A DNA stretch of 64,000 bases. Origin: Macrostomum lignano (taxonomy: Eukaryota). The stretch's first letter is position 1. Every line of letters starts with the position of its first letter. The stretch lies in assembly GCA_002269645.1 (NCBI GenBank), contig NIVC01000392.1, positions 1 through 64,000 on the forward strand, read 5' to 3'. Made by a program: the position numbers and the translations under genes. The notes beneath the pieces are model-generated. The model was not told where the DNA came from and ran no database searches. It worked only from the letters and a program-made list of their open reading frames with translations. Of this stretch, positions 13,101 to 24,100 are shown in pieces.

Positions 13101-13811
13101 GGGATCAGATATGATGGGATTAGACAGGATGGGATCAGATATGATGGGATTAGACAGGATGGGATCAGACAGGATGGGATCAGATATGATGGGATTAGAC
13201 AGGATGGGATCAGATAGGATGGAATCAGACAGAATGAGATCAGACAGGATGGGATCAGACAGGATGGGATTAGACAGGATGGAATCAGGCAGGATGGGAT
13301 CAGAGATCAGACAGGATGGAATCAGACAGGATGGGATCAGACAGAATGGGATCAGATAGGATGGAATCAGACAGAATGGGATTAGACAGGATGGAATCAG
13401 GCAGGATGGGATCAGAGATCAGACAGGATGGGATCAGGCAGGATGGGATCAGAGATCAGACAGGATGGGATCAGACAGGATGGGATCAGACAGGATAGGA
13501 TCAGACATCACGTGATACCAGAGCAAAAGCGGCAATCAGTCAACAAACGCACTATCATCAACAGTGGGTGTGGGCAGAGAGGACCAGCGGTCGCACAGCA
13601 CCACCCGGGGTGTATAAGTCGTCCGGCCCCGAGAGTCTTCGCCAGCCCGAAACAGAGCGTCGTGATCCGCCTCAGCGCCTGGGTTGGAGGCGGCCGCGGT
13701 GGCACCCGTGGAATCCGCATAGCGGAACGAGGCCTCCTGGATGTTCCAGAAATGAGAGCCAACGAAGCAGGCCATTGGCCCGAACTGCAGCGTTATTAAT
13801 TCTTGAGTCAT
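10138..13811 (-). CDS. MSTO1: Misato homolog (tubulin/FtsZ-like), 4 exons: 13553..13811, 12257..12609, 11087..11659, 10138..10605; 550 aa
   Basis: N-terminus MTQELITLQFG..ACFVGSHFWNIQE, TYTPRVVLCD, LHPRS and LRLFAEECDRLQ|GFQ are Misato motifs. All GT-AG junctions are phase-compatible (1,0,0); total 1653 nt = 551 codons. Confidence 0.9.
10670..11010. repeat. GA-rich degenerate minisatellite in MSTO1 intron 3
   Basis: Recurrent GAGTCTCAGGGAGAGAGTGAGGGTAGACAG. Confidence 0.8.
11785..12210. repeat. ~45-bp minisatellite in MSTO1 intron 2
   Basis: Recurrent AGGTGCAGTGACTAGTGACCTCA.TGAATGACCTCAGATGACCCC. Confidence 0.85.
12700..13505. repeat. Pentamer-based ~15-bp satellite (GACAGGATGGGATCA)n in MSTO1 intron 1
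   Basis: Directly visible; source of the spurious MGSDR/QDGIR ORFs. Confidence 0.92.
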
Positions 13812-13936
13812 GCCTTTGCGCTGAGAAATACAGACGGTGGGTCAGCGCTAGAAATGATTGATTGACGAGCTGTGTTGATTGGACCTGATTTTTGACAGGT
13901 CGGTCTGTCAGAATTACCACAGAAAAGGGTGACGGT

Positions 13937-14343
13937 GGCCCAGCAACTGAGGATCTGGGAGGCTGGCCCAGCAACTGAGGATCTGGGAGGCTGGCTCAGC
14001 AACTGAGGATCTGGGAGGCTGGCCCAGCAACTGAGGATCTGGGAGGCTGGCTCAGCAACTGAGGATCTGGGAGGCTGGCCCAGCAACTGAGGATCTGGGA
14101 GGCTGCCCCAGCAACTGAGGATCTGGGAGGCTGGCCCAGCAACTGAGGATCTGGGAGGCTGGCTCAGCAACTGACGATCTGGGAGGCTGGCTCAGCAACT
14201 GAGGATCTGGGAGGCTGGCCCAGCAACTGAGGATCTGGGAGGCTGGCTCAGCAACTGAGGATCTGGGAGGCTGGCTCAGCAACTGAGGATCTGGGAGGCT
14301 GGCTCAGCAACTGAGGATCTGGGAGGCTGGCCCAGCAACTGAG
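13937..14343. repeat. 28-bp intergenic minisatellite (GGCCCAGCAACTGAGGATCTGGGAGGCT)n, ~14.5 copies
   Basis: Unit starts at 13937, 13965, etc. Confidence 0.95.
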
Positions 14344-14818
14344 TATCCCAAAAAGCAAAGGAATAAAAGCATATAAGGATAAAGTTGTAATATAATTAAC
14401 CGAAGCTATTATTATATGAGTATATTAATAAAATATTCCTAAAAATATAAAATTAATGCTATTACAACAAATGCACTTATTAAGCAAAGCAATGAATATT
14501 AGCAGGTATATATAGTGTAAAACACATTCACAATCCTTCTAAGTAGTATATAATGCAAAATTGGGTTAAAATAGTATCAATCTGTCAGTTGAGCAGCAAA
14601 CTACAAAATGCAAAGATCAAATAAGCAGAGCACAAAGCATTCGTATATAGAGTCTATAAATAACAAATCTTTCCGGGTTAAAAAATGATTTCTCAATATA
14701 TTGCAGAAATGATATACGAGTTAACAAATCTATAAAACAACTTGGGGACATAGGACGCGCAGAAACTGCAACGCAAACGAGATCCGACACAAAGCCTGTG
14801 AAAGCTAAAAGCTGTTTA

Positions 14819-17227
14819 CTAAACTTCGCTTTCTAAGCACCAAACGTTAGCGGCAGCTGTAGCGGTAGCCGCCGTATTGGACAAACTGCTGCGGCGTTTC
14901 TTCAACTTGAAACTGTACCGTCCGGTTAGCAACTGGCGGGCTGCCGACAGTTTCTTGGCGGATTTTGATACTGACGCTGCCTGGGGCTGCGGTTGCTGCT
15001 GCTGCGGCTGCTGATTGCGCAATCGGGTAGGCGGAGTTTGACCGCCGGCCGAGTGACAGCAGGAGGTCGAAGGAAATCTTCGAGGAGGCAGAGGTGGAGG
15101 CGGCGGCTCTTGCTGCTGCTGCTGTTGATGCTGCTGATGCTGCGGTTGTACCACAAAATGCCATTGTTCACCGCGAGATGACAGACAGTCCTGGGTTATT
15201 GGGATCGTGTGGGTGGCATTGTGAACTGAGGTAATCGGGCTAATGATGTACTAGCCAGGCTAATGGTGGACTAGCCATGCTAATGATAGACTAGCCAGGC
15301 TAATTATGGACTAGCAAGGCTAATGATGGACTATCAAGGCTAATGATGGACTATCAAGGCTAATGATGGACTAGCAAGGCTATAAGCTAATGGTGTACTA
15401 GTTAGGCTAATGATGGACTAGCCAGGCTAATGGTGGACTAGCCATGCTAATGGTGTACTAGCAAGGCTAATGATGGACTAGCAGGGCTAATGAGATGGAC
15501 TAGCCAGGCTATTGATGGACTATCAAGGCTAATGATGGACTAGCTAGGCTAATGGTGGACTAGCTAGGCTAATGATGGACTAGCTAGGCTAATAGTGGAC
15601 TAGCTAGGCTAATGATAGACTAGCCAGGCTAATAGTGGACTAGCCAGGCTAATAGTGGACTAGCTAGGCTAATGGTGGACTAGCTAGGCTAATGATGGAC
15701 TAGCTAGGCTAATAGTGGACTAGCTAGGCTAATGATGGACTAGCCAGGCTAATAGTGGACTAGACAGACTAATAGTGGACTAGCCAGGCTAATAGTGGAC
15801 TAGCCAGGCTAATAGTGGACTAGCCAGGCTAATGATGGACTAGCCAGGCTAATGATGGACTAGCCAGGCTAATAGTGGACTAGACAGACTAATAGTGGAC
15901 TAGACAGGCTAATAGTGGACTAGACAGACTAATAGTGGACTAGACAGGCTAATAGTGGACTAGACAGACTAATAGTGGACTAGTCAGGCTAATAGTGGAC
16001 TAGACAGACTAATAGTGGACTAGCCAGGCTAATAGTGGACTTAGACAGACTAATAGTGGACTAGCCAGGCTAATAGTGGACTAGCCAGGCTAATAGTGGA
16101 CTAGCTAGGCTAATAGTGGACTAGCCAGGCTAATAGTGGACTAGCCAGGCTAATGATGGACTAGCCACACTATTGTGACTACCAACTACCAGCTTATTGT
16201 ACAATCGGTTCAATGAACGCACCTCCAGTTGATGACACCTTCGCAGCAAGCGGCCGCACCTGGCGGACTCTTGCTCAGCCTCTTTGGCAAGCTGTCTGCA
16301 CCAGTCTTCTCGAAGCAGCAGCTCATTTCTGGCTCGTTTCAATTCGTCTTCCCGTTTAGCAAGGATAGTGGCCAACTCGAAATTCGAACTTGTAGCCTCC
16401 TGCGATATGTTGTTCGGTTGAGGTTAGGTTGCGGTTTAGGCTGAGGCTTAGTTTGGGGTTTAGGTTGTAGTTAGGTTGGGGATTAGGTTGGGGTTTAGGT
16501 TGGGGTTTAGGTTAGGGTTTCAGTTGGGGTTTAGGTTGAGGTTTAGGTTAGGGTTAAGATTGGGATTTGGGTAGTGGTTAAGGCTGGGGGTGTAGATTGT
16601 GGTTAAAGTAGGGGTTAAGGTTGAGGGTCAGGTTGTGGTAAAGGTAGTGGTTAAGGTTAGGGTTAGGTTGTGACTAAGGTTGGGGTTGAGGTTGAAGCTT
16701 AGGTTGAGATTAAGGTTTGGTTTGGGGTAACTAGCAGACCCGAGTGCCACACGGTAAAAGAGCATCAAATAGAATAAAAACATTAATTATTTAAATCACA
16801 CCTGAAGAGCGCACTCTAAGCGACGAATTTCGAGTTTCTGCAATCTGGCCAGATCTCTGAGCTGCTGCTCCTTGAGCTGAGCCTGCTGCTGCTGCTGCTG
16901 TGGAACTCTCTGCCAATGTCTCCTCAAAAATTCACTAGTAGCTGCAGTTTCAACTCCTCCCGCTGTTGCAAACTCTTCATCGCTGTCCAAATCCACAAAA
17001 GTGCCGCCGTTAGTGTCGCCAATGTGAAAGCCAACAGCATCGGCAATGCGATCTCTGTCTATACCAGCATGGCTGATGCTGCCACTGCTGCTGCTGCTAT
17101 TGCTAGCAATAGAGGACGGCGGCCAGGTGTCCAGGTCAGCACCTGTAGTGGCATCCCGACTGGCATCAACTGGCTGGTGTGGCGGCTGCAGCTGTCTTCG
17201 AAGTGACCGCCTGGCTGAACTGGTCAT
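14819..17227 (-). CDS. Hypothetical Gln-rich coiled-coil protein, 3 exons: 16802..17227, 16223..16399, 14819..15190; 324 aa
   Basis: Donors cag|gtgtga and gag|gtgcgt, acceptors tcgcag| and acccag|, all phase 0. Heptad-like segment LARLQKLEIRRLECALQ|EATSSNFELATILAKREDELKRARNELL. Family not recognised. Confidence 0.75.
15240..16165. repeat. 20-bp intronic minisatellite (GGACTAGCCAGGCTAATAGT)n
   Basis: About 45 copies visible inside intron 15191-16222. Confidence 0.93.
16410..16730. repeat. Degenerate GT-rich (GGTTA/GGGTTA/GGTTGG) repeat in an intron
   Basis: Runs such as GGTTAGGGTT and GGTTGGGGTTTA inside intron 16400-16801. Confidence 0.75.
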
Positions 17228-20200
17228 GACTGACTAAACTGAAAATTGCTTTGCTATGAAATCGCCCTATAGTGAACTGAAAACAGTAGATTCGGTATAT
17301 TGAGTGTTTTGTTTGGGTTAAATGTGCCATAATCTCACAGGGTTTGGCTACTTTTGTGTGGCTGAAATTATCACCCTAGAGTATTCTATTAACTTTTTAA
17401 TGGCTAGCTAGTAAATTTTGTAAAACAAAGCAAAAATATGGGGAAAGTATTGGCCCCTAGTGGACAGGGAACCCTTGGATCTGCCATTGTACATGACATC
17501 AGAGAGAATGATAAAGACAATGACAGAAAGAATAAACTGGCATAGGTCAAACATTATTGAAGAATTATTAAATCAGTATACTTTATTGTCCCTAACTACT
17601 CAATTGTACCCATCGCTATTAAACAAATTCAAAATATCAACAAAAATCAGATTGAAAAAATTAAAAAGAAAAAAAGATTTGATCTAGATGAAAATGATTA
17701 AATAAATGACTAAATTAAATGGATAGACAGTAGGACTATTTCAGGGCAATGAGTAGATTTTTAGTCTGAGTTTTAAGTGAATTAGGGCATTAGGACAAAA
17801 AGTTTTTTGGTCTTAATATATTCCAAGGCAAATATGCCATGATCCTAACTATGGACTGGAAGTGTATGATGTTTAATATATTATATGACCTTATTTTTTA
17901 TTACCCTTTGACTAACAAGCCTATATTTTTACTTCTTATCCAGTGAAATGCACTCAACCTAGGTTTTTTATTAGTACTAAGATGTCAAAATTGTATCCAC
18001 CTTATAACTTCAGGATGCAAAATAGAAAGTCAAGATATTATATAGAATTTCTAGTACATAGCTTTTGGTTTTTTGCTGGCATTAAGATGCAAAATTGCAT
18101 CTAAAGTTTAATTTGAGGATGTAATTTTTCAAGTTCCAATCTTATCCTTTGAGTTTATAAGAAATTAAGAATCAATGTCTTTGAATCTATGTTCTATATA
18201 ATTATATATAAATATGAAAATTGGGACCTAAAAAGGCTTACTTTCTAAAATCTTACTAGACTAGAGTCCTTATTATTGTAATAACTAGGCCCTAAAATGC
18301 CAATATAGGGTAAAACCCCTATGGCCTACCCTTTGCCTAGATCCTTAGTAATATAAAAATAAGGCCTAATGCCTAAGGCTAGGCCTAGGGTAGGATAGGC
18401 TAAAATAAAAATATAAAATTAGACTAGATCATTGACATAATGTAGAATATTACAATTTACTAGGAATACTTTTAGTAGGCCCCTATTACTATTGTGATGA
18501 ATTTTCAAATACAATAAGAATATTATATATATTGTGAAAAAATAGTTTAGATTAGACTAGGTAAGTGGTAAAGTCAAAGTCATAAATACCTAGTCTAAAT
18601 TTTACCATAGAGACTTTAGTCTAAGCATAGAAGTAAGATTTTAAAAGGTAGGCCTTTTAGCAATCAACATTTAATAGTGCCTAATCTTATTTATTTGCCA
18701 AAGTAGCATAGCAAATACACCTAAGTCTAAGATTACCCTTACTTTACAAAATTAGTCAAATAGTAATACCTAAAAAAGTTAGGCCTACTTATATAGCTTA
18801 GGGTTTTTTTATTTAAAAATGTCATGTGGCACTGAAAACTTGCCCTAAAAAACTTGTGTTAGGTCTATTTTGAAACTTAATAGGCCTATGACATAGAGTG
18901 GGGGGGGGCTATTTTTTAACTGTTTACTTGAAACAAATGTATTTAAAAAAACAACTTTTCACTTTTTTAAATTTTGTTGGTTTGTGCACAATCTAGTACT
19001 TTTTTTAGGTAGAAGTATAGAGTGTAGAGCCAGATTTTTTCTTTTGTCGCAGAAATTCTACAAAGGTTTTCAACATTTACAACAAAACTTGCAAAAAGCG
19101 GATGTGCCAAATTGAAGATTAACATGTGCCGAAGTGGAACCTAGCCTTCACTTTAAAATAAATTTCAGTATTTTGTTTTTGGAAAAAGTGGGACAAATTT
19201 GGCTAAAAAACCCTGATCAGATTCATAAATGACATTATTTATCCCTTAACACTTTCTATCTGTCATATCAGCATGGTATTATATGACACTATCTGATTCT
19301 TGTCTAGCTCATGTTTACTTTCTTGCTTGCTTCCATCAACTATAGAACGAGTGTGCACACTAAATGTTCCATTGAATTTCATTCCACACTAAATGTTCCA
19401 TGAAAAGATTCAAACACTTTTAACCCCCCCCCACCTGGCTTGCCTAAAGGCCAAAACTGTAAGAAACAAACTTATAAAAATAAGTCAACAGTGATTATAA
19501 AGTGAAACTTTTATTCTAGAATTAGATTTCTAACCTCAATTTTTACATTTAAAATTTCTGATACACCTTTGTGTGTTAAAACTGACTGAATATTCAAAAT
19601 GAATTTTACTGATTAAAGTGATCATCCACTTGTAAGCCTGCTTTTCTTCATCACATTACCAAATTCCAAAATCAAAATTGGTTTGGATCTTCCAAGAAAA
19701 AGAGCAGTATAACTAGGCAATTTAACTTTGTTAAATTTTGACTGCTATAACAGCCTCACTTTGTACAATTTTTTTACACTTTCTGCTGGTCCCTGGACAT
19801 TTTGATGACAAGACGTTTCAGTGATCCAATCTTTCCAGTGACAGGTTTTAAAAATATAATTTTGTTTGTAAGATAATACTTATGAACAAGAGTTAATACT
19901 CAAAACTTATCATATTTAATGTTTTTGCATTGATTCTGTCACTGACTTTGTTAATCTCTACACTTAAATTTATTTCAATTTATTTTATGAAAGTTAAGGG
20001 CTTAGGACTTAGTAGGTCTAGGGCCTTTTTGATTATTGCAAAGTCAAGGAAATCTATATAAAAAAAGCATAATATTTTTATGAGTATATTTTAACAGTTA
20101 TTGATAGTTAATTATTAGCTCATATAGCTATAGCTAGGCCTAGTACATTGGTTGGTTAATTGTATGTTAAGAATTAAGATCAGACATTCGTACATGCATA

Positions 20201-20740
20201 TACACTTACTTAAAAAAAAGAAAATAGCATGATTTATTTACTATTCAGAGCATTTATAACTATTGCCACTCAATTTTCAAAATACTGAATATTAGTTTAT
20301 ATATATGGCATAGCAATTTCGATTTGTGATTATTGTGGATTTTAAATGGGTTTTACAACAGAAAAAATAGGCGGCAAATAGCCAATTATAGTTTTCAAAA
20401 ATTAATAGCAGAAGGTTGCTCAGAAGGCTGCCATTATACATGTAGCAGCCATGCAATTATTGAAGTTTATGGTGCGCATTGAAACAATACATTAAAAATA
20501 ACATTTGCAATCATCAAGAGGTAATACTATACTGAAATACATGTAAAGTATAGTAACAAACTACATGTACATGAACAACCGCAACTTTTGTTTGCATCAA
20601 TTGTGCAGTAAAAATATGCTACATGTTGCCCTGGATATAGGTACATCAATGCAGATTATGTCACATAATGATGCAGTGTGTAAAATAAATGGCTTGCCAT
20701 ATGTCGCCTTGGCTGACTGACCTTTCATCTGAACAGCAAG

Positions 20741-21130
20741 GGGTCTCCTCCCTAAAACACGCACCGCACCGCCCCGAACCGCTACACATTATAACATTTT
20801 TTGTCAATGCAGTATTTGATTGCAAGGAAAACTATTTGTTGTAAGAGTAATGGAATAAATATCTTTAATTATTATTATAAATATAGTTATTATTTTTTAT
20901 ATTCTCGTTTTGATTATTAAATTATATTATTCAATATTATTACTTTATTAATATTATTATTAATATCACTTATTATTCACTGAATTGTATATTTCAAATT
21001 AAAAAAACTAAATTTAATAAAAGCTTTGAAGCTTAACAGAAAACGCATTTTTTAGTGTCTTCAGTTATAGTCCAATTTGTTTTAATGTGTAGCGCTGCAG
21101 GGCGGTGCGGGGCGTGTTTTAGGGAGACCC
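20741..21130. mobile_element. 390-bp MITE with ~50-bp TIRs (GGGTCTCC...GGAGACCC) and 8-bp TSD ACAGCAAG
   Basis: TSD at 20733-20740 and 21131-21138. The TIR GGGTCTCC(T)CCCTAAAACACGC.CCGCACCGCCC...CGCTACACATT is mirrored at the right end; the interior is AT-rich and non-coding. Confidence 0.9.
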
Positions 21131-21181
21131 ACAGCAAGGACCTGTAGTAGGCCGGTCTACCACTGGGGTTTAGGCAGCTGT

Positions 21182-24100
21182 TGGTGACAGCGCGACGTCT
21201 CCCTCTGGAGGAGCGACAATTGACGTCACCGACAGCTCCTTTGAATGTTCATTAACATTCCCTTGGTTGCTCCCACCTTTGTTCCCCCTGTTGCTCCATC
21301 CCTTGGTCCTGCCCTTGTTTTAATGTGTTTTTCCCCGGGTTTTCCACTTTTTCTAGCTAGTGCTCCACCCGGTGTTCCTCTCCTTGTTCCCCCCTTTGAA
21401 GTATGCGAAATATTGTTGCATATAACCATTTGCCTGTCGCTTTCTCAATTCAAATCCTTCCCTCCCCCACCCCACCCCTCTTTCCCCGTGTTTTGTTTTG
21501 TGGAGTTAACTAGTTTGTTTGTCTGAGCTCCGAGCTCCAACGCCAAACCGGTTAAGATTCAGCAGTACACCCCAAACCAGGACTGAAGTTTGGATCCAAG
21601 CTCTCGAGGAGTGTTGCAAACTCAACGGGATTGTGGACGACAGAGGTAAGAAGGCGGAAGTCCTAGTGAATTTGGACATCGCCACAACCTATCCCGCAGT
21701 TGTCAGGATGGAGCTGCCAGACAATATAATGTTTGGCGAATTCAAGCAGAGACTGTCCGAGCACTTCACCCACGTGGCCGACATGCTGGAGTACCGCGAG
21801 CAATTCCGATGCTGCCAGCAAGGCAAGAATGAGAATGTTGACAACTACGGAGATCGACTAATTGCTCTGGCCAATAGAGCATTCCTGCACTTCACCCCAG
21901 TTCAGAGCAGGCCAAGCTAGTGGACCAGTTCACCGTGGGAGTGCTGCCAGCAGCGAGACATGTCTGGGTTCTCGAGGATGACAATGGTCAGTCACCAACG
22001 GGAGTGCAACACAACAAGTCATCTTGGCCTGAGGAGAATTGGTTGTGTGAGGTGATGGAACAGCAAACTGAAACTCTGCAAGAGCAACGACGTCTACTAG
22101 AAGCTTTGAGCAATGAGCTGCGAGAGTTCCACTCGCTGGGATTGCGAAATAACGACACCCAGGAGCAATGGGAACCTGCTTGCCACCAGCCGCAGGACTC
22201 TTGGGGCCAATGCAACCGATGATTGGTGCCCTCGACTCCTCGCCGCAGCGCCAATGAGGGCGCCCGATTTAAGACACCTGGTACACGAATTGTGCAGCAT
22301 GATCAGTTCCATCAGCTTCAGCAACCATGAGACGGCAGCAGCCTGCCGTCAAGGACGCCGCCAACAGGAGGTCAATGTTGACAGCAGCAGCAGTAGCAAA
22401 AATCGAGTTCGCGCCTGCGCCACCCTATCAGCTGCGGCGACAGAGCGCAATGTGTTACAGGTGCAATCACGAGCATTGCGCCAACGAGTGCCCGCACTGG
22501 CAGTTGGCCAGCACCGCGTCCTAGCGCAACGGCAGCTCGGGAAATAGGACGGCTGGACGCGCCATCGGGGGCAGCGCCATCTATAGCAGCCAAGCCAGCA
22601 CTAAAGTCCCCGCCAAGGACTTAAGTTGCTCAGCAGGCCACTGCTGAGACGCCTCTGCTGCACCTGTACAGAACTATGCACCCAAGTGTCTGAGAAGGGA
22701 TCCGTTTCTAACTGGTGAGATTTTAGGGCGTTATTTTGCTTTTCTGATTGACACCGGCTCCAAGTGCAAAGTCCTAGGATTCAGCACCTGGCACCGGCTA
22801 TGTACTGATGACCCAACCCTGCATGGCCAAATTGAGCCCTGCCTGCAACGCATTGTGACCTACAATGGAGAACCTATTCAAATGGCAGGCCAACTAACAG
22901 TCAAAGTTAAAATTGGAAGTTTCAAGCCTATAGTCAAGTTTCTGCTAGCTAAGGGATCTCATGACAGCATCCTAGGCTTCGAGTTTCTAGAGAAGTACAG
23001 CACCTCCCTGGATCTCGCCGCCAGGATGCTGTTTTTCAAGGATGGCACTGCCGCACCACTTTGCTACACGCGAACTGAAGCTACCACATGCAAAATTTAC
23101 ACGACTGAGAGCACAACCGTGCCACCATTATCATTAGCCCAAATCAAGATTAAACTAGCTAAAGGATGTGAGGAAAATCAAGGGACACCTGCTGTGATTG
23201 AGCCGCTAAAACCGGCTCGGCGTGAAGATATGCAGCAACAGGATGCTGCGCCTGCCTTGATATCTATGGCCAATGGAGAAGGCGCCATTGAGATGATCAA
23301 CTGAGGCACTACTTCCATCAAAGTGCCAGCGAATGCCCTAGTTGGGATAGCAAGACCAATCCGGCTGCCTGAGTTACAATTCTTTCCGCTGCTGAAGCCA
23401 GAAGCCTTGGTCAATCAAGTTCAAGACAAAGATCCTGATGCTTGGATCAAGGAGATCGACATTGGCAAGGACTTGTCCAATGACTAGTGCGCTCAAGTCA
23501 TTGAGCTATTGAAGAAGTACAAAACCATCTTCTCACAGGGGCCACACGATCTCGACCAAATCTACCTGGTCACCCACAACATTGTATTGAAGGACAAAGA
23601 TCCTGTACACCTGCCAACCCAACAGATTCTGCTGCATCTGCTACCCAAGGTGGACCAGCTGCTTGACGATCTACTTGCCAAAGGTGTGATTTGACCAAGC
23701 TTCTCCAGCTACAACACCCTGCTGGTGATCATTCCGAAGAAGGATGGCAGCCTAATAATTGTACAAGATTTCAGGAGTTTGAACCAGAAATGTGAGTACT
23801 TTCCGTACCTGATTCCTAACATCCAAGTAGCATTTGCCAGCCTCGAAGGAAGCTAGCTATTCAGCACGTTTGACCTCAATAGCGGCTATTATCAGATTCC
23901 ACTGCATCTAGAGGATCAAGATCTGACTGCTTTCGCCACACTGCACCGCAGACAATTCGCCTATAATGTTATGCCTATGGGATTAAGTTTGGCGCCAGCT
24001 AGCTTCATGCGCCTCATGAACGCTCTGCTCAATGGGATTGCCTACAAAAGTGCAATAGCCTACCTGGATGATGTAATTGTTTATTCTAAGAATTTTAACA

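Noticed and set aside
12702-13799. MGSDR/QDGIR repeat ORFs
   Set aside because: Translation of the MSTO1 intron 1 satellite on the antisense strand.
16410-16730. Interstitial telomere
   Set aside because: Only scattered TTAGGG units within a degenerate GT-rich intronic repeat.
17338-19215. hAT element bounded by CAGGGTTT...AAACCCTG
   Set aside because: Only 8 bp of inverted match, and the flanks (TAATCTCA vs ATCAGATT) do not form a TSD.
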